A stretch of 64,000 nt of DNA from Candidatus Adlerbacteria bacterium. GTDB taxonomy: Bacteria; Patescibacteriota; Minisyncoccia; Phycocordibacterales; SBAW01. Within the stretch, counting starts at the first letter, position 1. Each line of letters begins with the position of its first letter. The stretch spans positions 407,064 through 471,063 of the forward strand of contig JAPLUW010000001.1 in assembly GCA_026397405.1 (NCBI GenBank), given 5' to 3'. Positions 1 to 9,191 of this stretch are shown here, piece by piece. The translations under genes and the position numbers were made by a program. The notes beneath the pieces are model-generated. The model had not been told where the DNA came from and searched no databases. It saw nothing but the letters and a program-made list of their open reading frames with translations.

Positions 1-1
1 A

Positions 2-460
2 AATATTGCCTTTAGTAACACTGTTACCGACGAGTCGTTGCAAAAAGCAATTGACACTGCCGAACTCGGTGACTTTATTGGTGCGCTGCCGCAAGGCTTA
101 AACACCGTAGTCTCTGAGCGAGGAACATCACTTTCGGGCGGGCAGAAACAGCGCATTATGCTTGCGCGTGCATTGGCGCTTGACCCAAAAATACTTTTGC
201 TCGACGACTTTACCGCGCGTGTCGACACACGCACCGAGCAGAAGATCCTTGCAAACGTTGCAAAAAATTATCCGGGTTTAACCCTTGTGTCGGTAACGCA
301 AAAAATTGCATCGGTTGAACACTACGACCAAATTTTACTTTTGATGGAAGGGGAATTGCTCGCCCAAGGTACGCACGCCGAATTGCTCGAAACGTCGCCG
401 GAGTACGCGCAAATTTACGAGTCTCAAGCCAGCACCAACACCTATGAAGTACACGCTTAA
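2..460 (+). CDS. ABC transporter ATP-binding protein, C-terminal part (gene continues upstream of window)
   Basis: Frame is open to the window start. ABC signature LSGGQKQR and Walker B ILLLDD are present. Its stop overlaps the next ABC gene by 17 nt, which is typical of heterodimeric exporter pairs. Confidence 0.85.
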   Translation, partial: NIAFSNTVTDESLQKAIDTAELGDFIGALPQGLNTVVSERGTSLSGGQKQRIMLARALALDPKILLLDDFTARVDTRTEQKILANVAKNYPGLTLVSVTQKIASVEHYDQILLLMEGELLAQGTHAELLETSPEYAQIYESQASTNTYEVHA

Positions 461-2210
461 TACATCAAACACAAAGACCCAAGGAACGGTGATGACCGCG
501 CTCACGCGTTTGGTCCCCTTGATGCGCGGGGAAGGCAGGAGTATTGCTATTGCCTTTGCCGCTATACTTGTCAGCTCTGCCTCGACACTGCTCGCGCCCT
601 ATATCATCGGTCACACTATAGACACGTTTATTGTGCGAAAAGACTTCCACGGCGTGCTCGTGTGGTCGGGCATGCTGCTTGTTGTGTACTTGTTTGGCCT
701 TGCTAGCAGCTACATACAAACAATAACGATGGGCAGCGTTGGTCGCCGCGTGTTGTTTAACTTACGCAACACGCTGTTTACCAAATTGCAGGAACTGCCG
801 ATTGCGTTTTTTAACCAAAACAAAGCAGGTGACCTTATTTCGCGCATCAACAACGACACCGACAAGTTAAACCAGTTTTTTGCCCAGGCCTTGATGCAAT
901 TTTTGGGTAACGCATTTTTGATAGTGGGTGCCGGAATATTTTTGCTGGTGCTCAATTTTAAATTAGGCCTTGTGTCGCTTGCCCCTGCTTTGGGAGTGTT
1001 GCTTGTAACACTTGTCTTGGGTGGCTGGGTGCGCCGCAAAAACCTTGCGTCTTTGCAGTCGACGGGGAGTTTGAGCGGGGAAGTGCAGGAAAGTTTGGAA
1101 AATTTTAAAGTTATTGTCGCGTTTAACCGTGTCGACTACTTCCGCAAAAAATTTGACGACGTCAACCAAAAAAACTATGTGGCGTCAGTCTCTGCAGGTA
1201 TCGCTAACAATATTTTTACACCTGTCTACGGCCTGGCGTACAACCTGGCGCAGCTTGCCGTGTTGGCCTACGGCATTTATTTAATTTCTGTAGGTGGGAC
1301 AACAATAGGGTTGCTTATCGGTTTCCTATTGTACGTGACAAACTTTTACAATCCGCTGCGCCAGCTCGCGAGCGTGTGGTCGTCGTGGCAGTTAGCGCTT
1401 GCGGGGCTCGACCGCATTTCCGAAGTGCTTCAACTGGAGTCGGACATGCCGCGCATGGTGGAAGGTGCCGCGCAGATGCACGGCAAAGTAGATGCCGTGC
1501 TTGAATTTGCGAATGTTGGCTTTACGTACCCGGAAGGGAAGGAGGTATTGCGTGACAGTAGTTTTACATTGATGCCCGGTAAAACGTACGCGCTTGTGGG
1601 CCCGACGGGCGGAGGCAAGACAACAAATGCATCTTTGATGGCCCGTCTCTTTGACCCCACGCAGGGTGCCGTGTACTTGAACGGTAAAAATATACAGTCG
1701 TACGAGCCGGAAGTGCGCGCGGAAAAAATAGGATTTATTTTACAAGAGCCGTTCCTGTTTTCGGGCACTGTGCGCGACAACATTGTCTACGGCAACAAAA
1801 AGTATCACGACTATACGGGCGACAAACTCCGCGCACTGCTTGAAGACAAAGGCCTTTCAGAGTTGCTCGCACGGTTTGAAGGTGGGCTTGAAACCAAAGT
1901 AGCAACCAGTGGCGACTCTATCAGTTTGGGACAAAAACAACTTATCGCATTTATGCGTGCAGCACTTCGCGAGCCGGACCTACTTATTTTGGACGAAGCA
2001 ACGGCAAACATCGACACGGTCACCGAGCAGATGCTTGAAGATATCCTCCAAAAATTTCCACCATCAATTACGAAAGTTATTATTGCCCACCGCCTTAACA
2101 CTATTGCTGCTGCCGACGAGATATTCTTCGTCAACGGTGGGGAAGTAACCCCGGCAGGCTCGATGGAGCACGCGGTCGAGATGCTGTTGCACGGAAAACG
2201 TAAGAGTTGA
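444..2210 (+). CDS. ABC transporter permease/ATP-binding protein (MsbA-like exporter subunit)
   Basis: 588 aa. N-terminal multi-TM domain. Walker A GPTGGGKTT, signature SLGQKQ, Walker B LLILDEAT. Confidence 0.9.
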   Translation: MKYTLNTSNTKTQGTVMTALTRLVPLMRGEGRSIAIAFAAILVSSASTLLAPYIIGHTIDTFIVRKDFHGVLVWSGMLLVVYLFGLASSYIQTITMGSVGRRVLFNLRNTLFTKLQELPIAFFNQNKAGDLISRINNDTDKLNQFFAQALMQFLGNAFLIVGAGIFLLVLNFKLGLVSLAPALGVLLVTLVLGGWVRRKNLASLQSTGSLSGEVQESLENFKVIVAFNRVDYFRKKFDDVNQKNYVASVSAGIANNIFTPVYGLAYNLAQLAVLAYGIYLISVGGTTIGLLIGFLLYVTNFYNPLRQLASVWSSWQLALAGLDRISEVLQLESDMPRMVEGAAQMHGKVDAVLEFANVGFTYPEGKEVLRDSSFTLMPGKTYALVGPTGGGKTTNASLMARLFDPTQGAVYLNGKNIQSYEPEVRAEKIGFILQEPFLFSGTVRDNIVYGNKKYHDYTGDKLRALLEDKGLSELLARFEGGLETKVATSGDSISLGQKQLIAFMRAALREPDLLILDEATANIDTVTEQMLEDILQKFPPSITKVIIAHRLNTIAAADEIFFVNGGEVTPAGSMEHAVEMLLHGKRKS

Positions 2211-2244
2211 CAAATGAGGTGGAATATATTACTATTACGCCTTC

Positions 2245-3579
2245 ATGTCAGATAAATTTAAACGGCCTTTCACATCGGGAGGCAAACCCGCTCGAAAGCC
2301 TTATAACATAACATCTACACCCGGAATGTCTGCAGGGGGCAGCCGGCCGTATGCAAACTCGTCTGGGCCTCGTAAGAGCTTTGGGGGTGCTTCGCGCCGC
2401 CCATTTGGTGGTGGTGGATATGCCGGCGGAAGCCGTGGTGGGAACCGTGGCGGTGGCAAAAAGTTTGGTATGTCGTCGTTTGATCCGTCCCGCTTTATCA
2501 ACAAGGCGGTTATCACCGAGCAAGTTGAACACTTTACACCCGAACACAAGTTTGCCGACTTTTTGATTGAAGAAAAACTGAAAGCTAACATCATCAAAAA
2601 AGGATACGTCCTCCCGACACCGATCCAGGACCGTGCTATCCCGCACGTACTCCGCGGCTCGGACGTTGTGGGTATCGCAAACACAGGTACCGGCAAAACT
2701 GCTGCATTCTTGATCCCACTCATCAACAAAGTGCTGCTCAACAAAAACGAGCGTGTACTTATCATGGTCCCAACCCGCGAACTTGCGGTACAAATCGGTG
2801 ACGAGCTCCGGGGCTTTACCCCAGGGCTTGGAATATTTTCTGCAATCTGCGTAGGTGGCGCCGGCATCGGCCCACAAATGTCGGAACTCCGCCGCAAACC
2901 AAACTTTGTCATTGGTACTCCAGGCCGCCTCAAAGACTTGCTCGAACGCAAAACGTTGGTGCTTTCTGCATTTAACACTGCAGTCTTGGACGAAGCTGAC
3001 CGCATGTTGGACATGGGCTTTATCAACGACATGCGCACGATACTTTCGTTGCTGCCTTCGCCCCGCCACACACTGTTTTTCTCTGCAACACTTTCAACTG
3101 AAATTGAGCGCCTCATTGGCGAATTCCTCCGCGAGCCGGTGCGCATCTCGGTTAAGACTCGCGAGTCTGCTGCGTCAATCGAGCAGGACATTGTCCGCGT
3201 ACCCCGCGGTACAGACAAACTTACTGTGTTGCATGACCTACTTATCCAGCCGGAATTTAACAAAGTGCTAATCTTTGGCCGTACTAAACACGGCGTGGAA
3301 AAACTTTCCAAAACATTGCTCGCCAAGGGCTTTAAGTCGGAGTCTATCCACGGCAACAAAACACAAAACAAACGCCAAAAAGCGCTCGACCTCTTTAAGC
3401 GCGACCATGTAAAAATTTTGGTGGCGACAGACGTTGCTGCGCGCGGTTTGGACATTTCTGGCGTCTCACACGTCATCAACTATGACCTCCCGTCGAGCCA
3501 CGAAGACTACATCCACCGCATTGGCCGTACCGGCCGTGCTGGCAAGAAGGGTAAGGCACTGACCTTTATCGAAGCCTAA
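2245..3579 (+). CDS. DEAD-box ATP-dependent RNA helicase with Gly/Arg-rich N-terminal extension
   Basis: Motifs GTGKTAAF (motif I), PTRELA, DEAD (LDEADRMLDMGF), SAT, HRIGRTGRAG. The first ~80 aa are a G/R/S low-complexity region. Confidence 0.93.
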   Translation: MSDKFKRPFTSGGKPARKPYNITSTPGMSAGGSRPYANSSGPRKSFGGASRRPFGGGGYAGGSRGGNRGGGKKFGMSSFDPSRFINKAVITEQVEHFTPEHKFADFLIEEKLKANIIKKGYVLPTPIQDRAIPHVLRGSDVVGIANTGTGKTAAFLIPLINKVLLNKNERVLIMVPTRELAVQIGDELRGFTPGLGIFSAICVGGAGIGPQMSELRRKPNFVIGTPGRLKDLLERKTLVLSAFNTAVLDEADRMLDMGFINDMRTILSLLPSPRHTLFFSATLSTEIERLIGEFLREPVRISVKTRESAASIEQDIVRVPRGTDKLTVLHDLLIQPEFNKVLIFGRTKHGVEKLSKTLLAKGFKSESIHGNKTQNKRQKALDLFKRDHVKILVATDVAARGLDISGVSHVINYDLPSSHEDYIHRIGRTGRAGKKGKALTFIEA

Positions 3580-3932
3580 AGCCCCGAGGCGGTTTGTGTG
3601 CGTTCAACTACTATGGAAAAAACAACCAAACTAAAAAAGAAAAATGTAGAACACGTTGCACCGCAAAACATACCGGCGCAAATTCCCGTGCCTTCAACAG
3701 GTGTGCGCAACAACGCGCAGATGCGTGGGCCCAGCAAGACCTTCCAACAAGACGGTCACTGGATAGAAAAACCAAACAAAACAACTATTTTAATTTGCGA
3801 ATGCAGCAATAAATATTTAAAGACTCGTGCCGGCCAAGATAAGTGCTTGCGCTGCCTTTCGGCTTTTAAGCGTTAGTCTCCGTACATAAGCGCTTCCTTG
3901 TATCTTCATGAAGCAAGCCATATCATTGTGAT

Positions 3933-4646
3933 ATGAACCCACAACAAAATACCCCGTCACTCCGCGGCCGCACCGTAGTTACAACTGTTGTTATTGTCGT
4001 TGTGCTTATTGCACTGTGTTTAGTCTTGTGGATGTTCCGCAATACGGCGCCACTTTCTGGCCTGCTGGGCTCGACCGCTTCAACTACGCAGCAAACAACT
4101 GGTAGTACAAATACACAGACGGGCTCAACAAACCAAACTACTCCAAATCAAGAAAACTGGAGTACCTACACATCAACCAAGTTTGGTTTTTCTATTCGCT
4201 ATCCAAAAGAGTATCGTCTTGAAACTCCCTACGCGTACAGTGCGCTTGGTCCGGGGCTGACTATACCCGGTGTAAAGTTTGATATTTCTACAACGTCGAC
4301 AAAAGGTACTAACTTGGCGCAGGACACTGGTGTCTCGGTCGAAACTTTGACCACCACCCGAAGCTGTACTGCCGACTTGTTTGTCCACACAAACGACACA
4401 GTAAAAACAATGGTTGACCACGGCACGACCTACTCGGTTGCTGAAAGTAGCGATGCGGGTGCAGGCAACCTCTACCACGAAACTATCTTTGCATTGCCGG
4501 GCACGTCGCCATGTACTGCGGTGCGTTACTTTATACATTCGACACAGCTTGGTAACTACCCACCAAACACCGTTGTTGCCTTTGACCAAACCGCACTCCT
4601 TGCGCAGTTTGATGCAATTCGCCAGACACTTGTCTTGGGTCGCTAA
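3933..4646 (+). CDS. hypothetical membrane-anchored/secreted protein with Thr/Gln-rich linker
   Basis: N-terminal TM helix (VVTTVVIVVVLIALCLVLW) followed by a T/Q/S/N low-complexity linker and a globular domain. A rho-independent terminator follows. Confidence 0.6.
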   Translation: MNPQQNTPSLRGRTVVTTVVIVVVLIALCLVLWMFRNTAPLSGLLGSTASTTQQTTGSTNTQTGSTNQTTPNQENWSTYTSTKFGFSIRYPKEYRLETPYAYSALGPGLTIPGVKFDISTTSTKGTNLAQDTGVSVETLTTTRSCTADLFVHTNDTVKTMVDHGTTYSVAESSDAGAGNLYHETIFALPGTSPCTAVRYFIHSTQLGNYPPNTVVAFDQTALLAQFDAIRQTLVLGR

Positions 4647-4663
4647 TTAAAAATCTGTACCAG

Positions 4664-4694
4664 AAAAAGCTCCGCCTAGTGTGGAGCTTTTTCT
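4664..4694 (+). terminator. rho-independent terminator
   Basis: Hairpin AAAAAGCTCCGC...GTGGAGCTTTTT directly after the stop of 3933..4646. Confidence 0.6.
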
Positions 4695-4707
4695 GTATAC
4701 TGCGTAG

Positions 4708-5058
4708 ATGCTGTGGCGCCGAAGCAGAAGAGAATATTTAAAATATAGGGAAACCGCGCGTGCACAAGTGCACGCGCGGCTAAACCACTTCAACACCTTC
4801 TACAAATTTCCACTCAAAAAAGTATTTATCAAAAACCACAAGTCGCGCTGGGGTTCCTGTTCCGAGCGGGGGAACCTGAACTTTAACTACAAAGTCGTCT
4901 TCCTTCCTGTAGAAATTGTCGACTATATAATCGTCCACGAACTGTGCCACCTAGCCGAATTTAACCATTCTCCAGCCTTTTGGGCCCAAGTCGCACGCGC
5001 CCTCCCTAACCACGTAGCTTTGCGAAAGAGTTTGAGGAGGTTGGAGCGGAATCGATAA
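4708..5058 (+). CDS. DUF45/YgjP-like metal-dependent hydrolase, C-terminal domain only (possibly N-terminally truncated)
   Basis: Motif HELCHLAEFNHSPAFW (HExxH...NHS..FW of the DUF45 WLM-type zincin fold). It is only 116 aa and shorter than typical family members. It contains a 26-nt perfect palindrome at 4754..4779. Confidence 0.6.
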   Translation: MLWRRSRREYLKYRETARAQVHARLNHFNTFYKFPLKKVFIKNHKSRWGSCSERGNLNFNYKVVFLPVEIVDYIIVHELCHLAEFNHSPAFWAQVARALPNHVALRKSLRRLERNR

Positions 5059-5074
5059 TCCCTCCATATTTTAA

Positions 5075-5110
5075 GAAAAAACCGTCCAGGCTCTGAAAGA
5101 GTGGACGGTT
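5075..5110 (-). terminator. rho-independent terminator (minus strand)
   Basis: Stem CCGTCCA/TGGACGG followed by a T-run on the minus strand. Confidence 0.5.
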
Positions 5111-5116
5111 GGTGGC

Positions 5117-5344
5117 CTATAATTGCATTTTTGCGAAAAATTCTCGCCAAAAAATAGTGGTAAGAATATAACATTCGTGAATTTGTTTTAGATCAATGAC
5201 CGTATCTGTCATCGCATGTTCGAGGGCTCTGATGCGAAAAAATTCGCGTGTCGATACATGGTCTCCGTCATGTAAGGACAATACTTCGAGGACGTACGGA
5301 TCTTCTACGGCATGAGCCGAGCCGTTGCAGTATACCGTTGGCAT
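5117..5344 (-). CDS. hypothetical small protein
   Basis: 75-aa ORF with GGAG Shine-Dalgarno 8 nt upstream of its ATG. A downstream hairpin plus T-run terminator lies at 5075..5110 on the minus strand. Confidence 0.5.
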   Translation of the reverse strand: MPTVYCNGSAHAVEDPYVLEVLSLHDGDHVSTREFFRIRALEHAMTDTVIDLKQIHECYILTTIFWREFFAKMQL

Positions 5345-5492
5345 GAGGTATCTCCACGGGTGAAATATGTAGATAAGTCTGGACTCAATAGTACGAGGAG
5401 GGTGATATAAGTCAATTGCAGCTCTTGCCTTATTTCTGTTACTATGTACAATCTTTAATGTTGTGTTCTAACGTACATGAAGGGATAGTGTT

Positions 5493-5792
5493 ATGGTGCA
5501 TCAGCACAACCGGGCATTCCCGGTCGATTTTAGGAACCGGGCAAAGCCGCCGACGACTACACGGTCGACGAAGGTGAAGCCGGGTGTCGAGTCGGTCGTC
5601 GTCGGCTCGAAAACCAATAGGCAGCACGTAGCGGTGGGAGATGTTGTCGTCAACGACGCGCGCATCCACGCCACACTGCAAGCTGTCTACGAGAACGGCG
5701 ATTTGCAGCTGAAGCCCGTGGAGAAGTTCCACGGCAAGCAGCCTGCCTTTCGTTCCAGCCCTGAGCTGGTCAACGTCTCGTCGCTGAACTGA
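5493..5792 (+). CDS. hypothetical protein (GC-rich small gene)
   Basis: 99-aa ORF preceded by AAGGGA-N7-ATG and followed by a hairpin plus T-run at about 5801..5835. Its GC content is visibly higher than its neighbours. Confidence 0.5.
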   Translation: MVHQHNRAFPVDFRNRAKPPTTTRSTKVKPGVESVVVGSKTNRQHVAVGDVVVNDARIHATLQAVYENGDLQLKPVEKFHGKQPAFRSSPELVNVSSLN

Positions 5793-5888
5793 CCGCGTTC
5801 AATGCCTCGGTAACCCCGGGGCATTTTCTTTTTCTAATTTCACAATTCTTCATCATTCCTACAGGCGCCCCGCGCTACAGTAAGCCGC

Positions 5889-6221
5889 ATGACTGAAATT
5901 ACATCAACCGGATATTACTATCGCGGCAGTTTTGTTGCGCGGATTATCAACGGGGTTGTTGGTATTATTGAAGTGTTTCTTTTTGTGCGTTTGGTGCTGG
6001 AACTTTTTGGTGCAAACTCTTCATCACAATTTGTTGCATGGATATACAGCGTAAGCGGTGCGTTTATAGGGCCTTTTGCAGGAGCATTTTCTGGTATATC
6101 GCTCGGCGGCAACTCGGTGTTAGATATTGTCGCAATCTTCGCGATGATAGGCTACGCAATAATCGGCTGGCTCGTTATCGAGCTAGTTGCATTTATGTTC
6201 GGGACGATGAAAAGGATTTAG
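5889..6221 (+). CDS. small integral membrane protein (YggT-like)
   Basis: 110 aa with two hydrophobic helices flanking a Gly-rich loop. The architecture resembles the YGGT family. Confidence 0.5.
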   Translation: MTEITSTGYYYRGSFVARIINGVVGIIEVFLFVRLVLELFGANSSSQFVAWIYSVSGAFIGPFAGAFSGISLGGNSVLDIVAIFAMIGYAIIGWLVIELVAFMFGTMKRI

Positions 6222-6742
6222 CGGAACCAGCCGAAGAAATGCTGGAAAAATCCCTGCACTCCCCGCGGAGGTACGGGGTCAGTTGAAGATGCGTTGTTTG
6301 CAGCAACCTCTCTGCCTTGTGGCATAGGTGGGGTGGTGGTGCTTTCTTGTTTTTCTTTACTAAAAAAACTAAACATATGGTTCATAAACGCACGTGCAAC
6401 ACCTTTTGGTGGTGTTGTGGTCCCGATCATCTCGCGACGCTCCTGTTCAAATCGTTCCTCTCGCGGAGTGCTTGTGCCTGCCATAGGGCTCGTTGACGAC
6501 ATCACCTGGCGGCGACGTTCTTGTTCAAACAAGGGTCTGCTTTCTGTACTTGTTCCCACCAGTCGTGGGGGCATCATAGGCCGGCCTTCTGTGGTCGAGC
6601 CCATCATACTTTCTGGCATACGGCGTTCCAGCGGCTCCTTGTCGTGTGGGCGTGGAGGCAGACCTCTTTCTCTAGGGCCTTCAGCAAATGCACTGGGTGC
6701 AACCAATAATGCAGCAGCTATAGCAAGTATTTTGTAATTCAT
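6218..6742 (-). CDS. secreted repeat protein (hypothetical)
   Basis: Signal peptide MNYKILAIAAALLVAPSAFA at an internal Met (start moved to 6742). Repeated FEQERR-containing segments. P/T/S/M-rich. Confidence 0.55.
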   Translation of the reverse strand: MNYKILAIAAALLVAPSAFAEGPRERGLPPRPHDKEPLERRMPESMMGSTTEGRPMMPPRLVGTSTESRPLFEQERRRQVMSSTSPMAGTSTPREERFEQERREMIGTTTPPKGVARAFMNHMFSFFSKEKQESTTTPPMPQGREVAANNASSTDPVPPRGVQGFFQHFFGWFR

Positions 6743-6797
6743 ATGATGTATATAATCAGTAATAGAACTTCTACAGTATACCCTTGCTTTATTTTTT

Positions 6798-8405
6798 CTA
6801 AAATCTTTGCCAAAACTTCTGTAGTGCGTGCCACAATGGCCCACTCAACGTTGCGGCAACCCCCGCTATATTTGACGCGGCATCAAGCAGTAGAGATGTT
6901 TTTGCTTTAACGACGATTGTTTGTTTTTGAATTAGTTGCGCACTACTGGTGCCGGCTTTTTGGTAGAGTCCTGCAACATAGGTCCCTGCTATTGTGTACG
7001 TGTGCGCAAAAACAGCACTCTGTGCTTTGCAGACATTTTTCCCGACAGAGACAGTGCTTGTCCCCGAGCCGTCACCATACCCCAAGCTGTAGGTAAGTGC
7101 CGCACATGACTTTGCGTTGTTTACCGACGCAGTAAAAGTGACTGCAAGTGGCAAGGTCCCTGTAGGCGGAGTCGCAAGCAACGAGTCGAGCGTTGTGGTT
7201 GGAGTTGATGTCGCAACAACGGCAGCAACTTTTACAATTGGTACTTCTAAGTTTATTGAACAAGGTGCATTGCCGTACTGGTTGTAAAACGTCAACACAT
7301 ACGTGCGTGATGCTGCAAGGTTTGTAAATGTTCTGCTGCCTTGCGCCGTGTCGCGTGTGCCGTCGCTCCACAGCACATACGTAGTGTCGGTACCTGTCCA
7401 ACTTACCGTCACAGGTTTTCCGGATGTTGCTACAGTCACGTCTGATGTTACCGAACATGTAGGCAGCACAGGAATAGGAGAATTTGAACGGCCTTCGGTA
7501 AAACCACTTGTGGGCATAGACAAAATTTTTGCATTGAGCCAGTCTTCGCTCGTTGTTGCAGACGTGCCGTACGTGTTTGGAGACCAAACAAAGTTACTGG
7601 TTGATGCTTGGTCGGTTGCGTTTGCGAGCGGTTTAAAGGTGTCGCCAAGCAACACGGTATCGACAGAATATGTTGTGTCTGTCGGAGTAACTGTCCCGTC
7701 GAGTTCGAAGTAGTAACTTGTGCCCGCTGGAATTTCTATAGAAGTGTCGGGGACAATAGCAAACGTGTCGCTCGTTGGGTTTGCGAGAGACGAATTAAGC
7801 GGCGTGGTTGTTGCTGTGGTTGTAGATATATCTCTACTGTAAGCAGCGTCTGCAAAGACGTAGAGTCCAATGTCGCCGACCGAGGCTCCGGTTGTGTGTG
7901 TCGCAAAAGAGATCTGGCTAATTCCCACCGGCCCGCTGCTCCCTGCGCGCACGACAAAACGCATCAAACGTCCGTCTGCAACATCGTACGGCGGCAGTGA
8001 GTCGACAGGTTCTACTGTAGGTAGTGACCGGAGGCCAATAGTAAGTGTGCTCGTTGCAAGAGTCGTCGTTCCAGATAGTAACGAAAGGGCATACGTTCCG
8101 GTCGAAAGCGGAGGGAATACATGCGCGCTCCAACGGTTTTGTACAACAGAGACCGGGTTTAAAAATACAGGTGTATGTGTCGCAAGAGATGTTATCGAAA
8201 GGGTCAGCGGAGTCTGTAGCTGTGCGACACTGCCTGCGAGTGTCGGGTCTGCGCGTAGTGATGTTACTCTGCCGTCGAATGATGCTGTCGGGGGAATAGG
8301 AGCACTTACTACCAAGGGCGGCACAGCTGTTTTTCCTGCTACAGAATATGGGAGGAATGAGGAAATAATTCCTGCAATAGCAAGCAGATGTAGGATTTTT
8401 TGCAT
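6798..8405 (-). CDS. large secreted Thr/Ser-rich surface protein (hypothetical, Ig-like beta-rich repeats)
   Basis: Signal peptide MQKILHLLAIAGIISSFLPYSVAG at an internal Met (start moved from 8504 to 8405). About 535 aa. The composition is dominated by T/S/A/V/G with repeated TxT motifs. Confidence 0.65.
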   Translation of the reverse strand: MQKILHLLAIAGIISSFLPYSVAGKTAVPPLVVSAPIPPTASFDGRVTSLRADPTLAGSVAQLQTPLTLSITSLATHTPVFLNPVSVVQNRWSAHVFPPLSTGTYALSLLSGTTTLATSTLTIGLRSLPTVEPVDSLPPYDVADGRLMRFVVRAGSSGPVGISQISFATHTTGASVGDIGLYVFADAAYSRDISTTTATTTPLNSSLANPTSDTFAIVPDTSIEIPAGTSYYFELDGTVTPTDTTYSVDTVLLGDTFKPLANATDQASTSNFVWSPNTYGTSATTSEDWLNAKILSMPTSGFTEGRSNSPIPVLPTCSVTSDVTVATSGKPVTVSWTGTDTTYVLWSDGTRDTAQGSRTFTNLAASRTYVLTFYNQYGNAPCSINLEVPIVKVAAVVATSTPTTTLDSLLATPPTGTLPLAVTFTASVNNAKSCAALTYSLGYGDGSGTSTVSVGKNVCKAQSAVFAHTYTIAGTYVAGLYQKAGTSSAQLIQKQTIVVKAKTSLLLDAASNIAGVAATLSGPLWHALQKFWQRF

Positions 8406-8572
8406 AGCAGACAACGTTAGTTTGTTTAATCTTACACTATCATTTACAAAAGGGCTTAAAAATCGCCAAGTTTTTGTGTCCACAGGCTTTCGTTGTGTAA
8501 ACAAACACCCCCGATGCTATAGTTAGCTTCATGCCTTTTTCATATGGCATTTATTAATTTACTATTTTTTCG

Positions 8573-9130
8573 ATGTCCAAAACAAAATGGGTGGCAGCTG
8601 TAGTAATCGTCGTTGTACTTGTAGCAGCGTATGTAATGTGGAAAGGTAACACTGCTATGGTCCCAGCAAGCGACCAGCCGACAGCAGCTGCGGCAGCAAA
8701 CGCACCGGTTGCAAATAACAACACAGACGCGATGATGGCGGCAGATGCAGCGGCTCTCGACGCGCAGATCCAAGTGTATACAGCTAATGTAAAAGGTCTC
8801 GACCAGACATTAACTGTAGGGACTGTTACCGCAGCAGCAACCCAAACACAAGACATTCTCGCACTTGCCACAAAGTTGGGTGTTAAAATCCAGGTCCGTA
8901 TAGCGGGTGCAGGTGCAGCACAAGGTTCTTTGCAGGCACTCTTTGCTGACATGACACGTAACATCTCGAACGCAAGTTCACAGGCAGCTGCAGCAGCAAA
9001 GAATGTTGCAAAAACTCCTAACGGAACAGCGCTCGCACAGTCAAAAACACAGTTGAATGCAGCACAGGCTTACGTTGTTACTGTTCGCAGTGATATCCAG
9101 AAGTTGTTGGCCGGTATTGCACAACGCTAA
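8573..9130 (+). CDS. membrane-anchored Ala-rich protein (hypothetical); paralog of 12843..13127
   Basis: N-terminus MSKTKWVAAVVIVVVLVAAYVMWKGN (TM anchor) followed by an A/Q-rich, probably helical region. Confidence 0.55.
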   Translation: MSKTKWVAAVVIVVVLVAAYVMWKGNTAMVPASDQPTAAAAANAPVANNNTDAMMAADAAALDAQIQVYTANVKGLDQTLTVGTVTAAATQTQDILALATKLGVKIQVRIAGAGAAQGSLQALFADMTRNISNASSQAAAAAKNVAKTPNGTALAQSKTQLNAAQAYVVTVRSDIQKLLAGIAQR

Positions 9131-9191
9131 ATAGGTTTCTCGTTCTAAACAAAAACCCCGCCAGTGGCGGGGTTTTTGTTTAGGCAATTTT

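Noticed and set aside
2301-3479. Long antisense ORFs inside confidently assigned genes, e.g. 2301..3479(-) in the helicase, 18111..18980(+) in rnj, 19762..20331(+) in the SBP gene, 22866..23672(-) in groEL, 52240..52728(+) and 52685..53194(+) in tsaD, 56443..57159(+) in ftsZ, 57774..58460(+) in ftsA, 50599..51192(+) in valS
   Set aside because: They overlap genes with strong motif evidence on the opposite strand. Low-complexity translations are typical of GC-skewed shadow ORFs.
3594-3876. Two ORFs in the 350-nt helicase/3933 intergenic region. 3598..3876 has a CxC...CxxC arrangement.
   Set aside because: There is no RBS at the ATG at 3613 and the composition is low-complexity. It could be a small zinc-ribbon protein but the evidence is too thin to call.
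4923-5174. ORF 4923..5174(-)
   Set aside because: It is antisense to the DUF45 gene and overlaps 5117..5344, which has better start and terminator signals.
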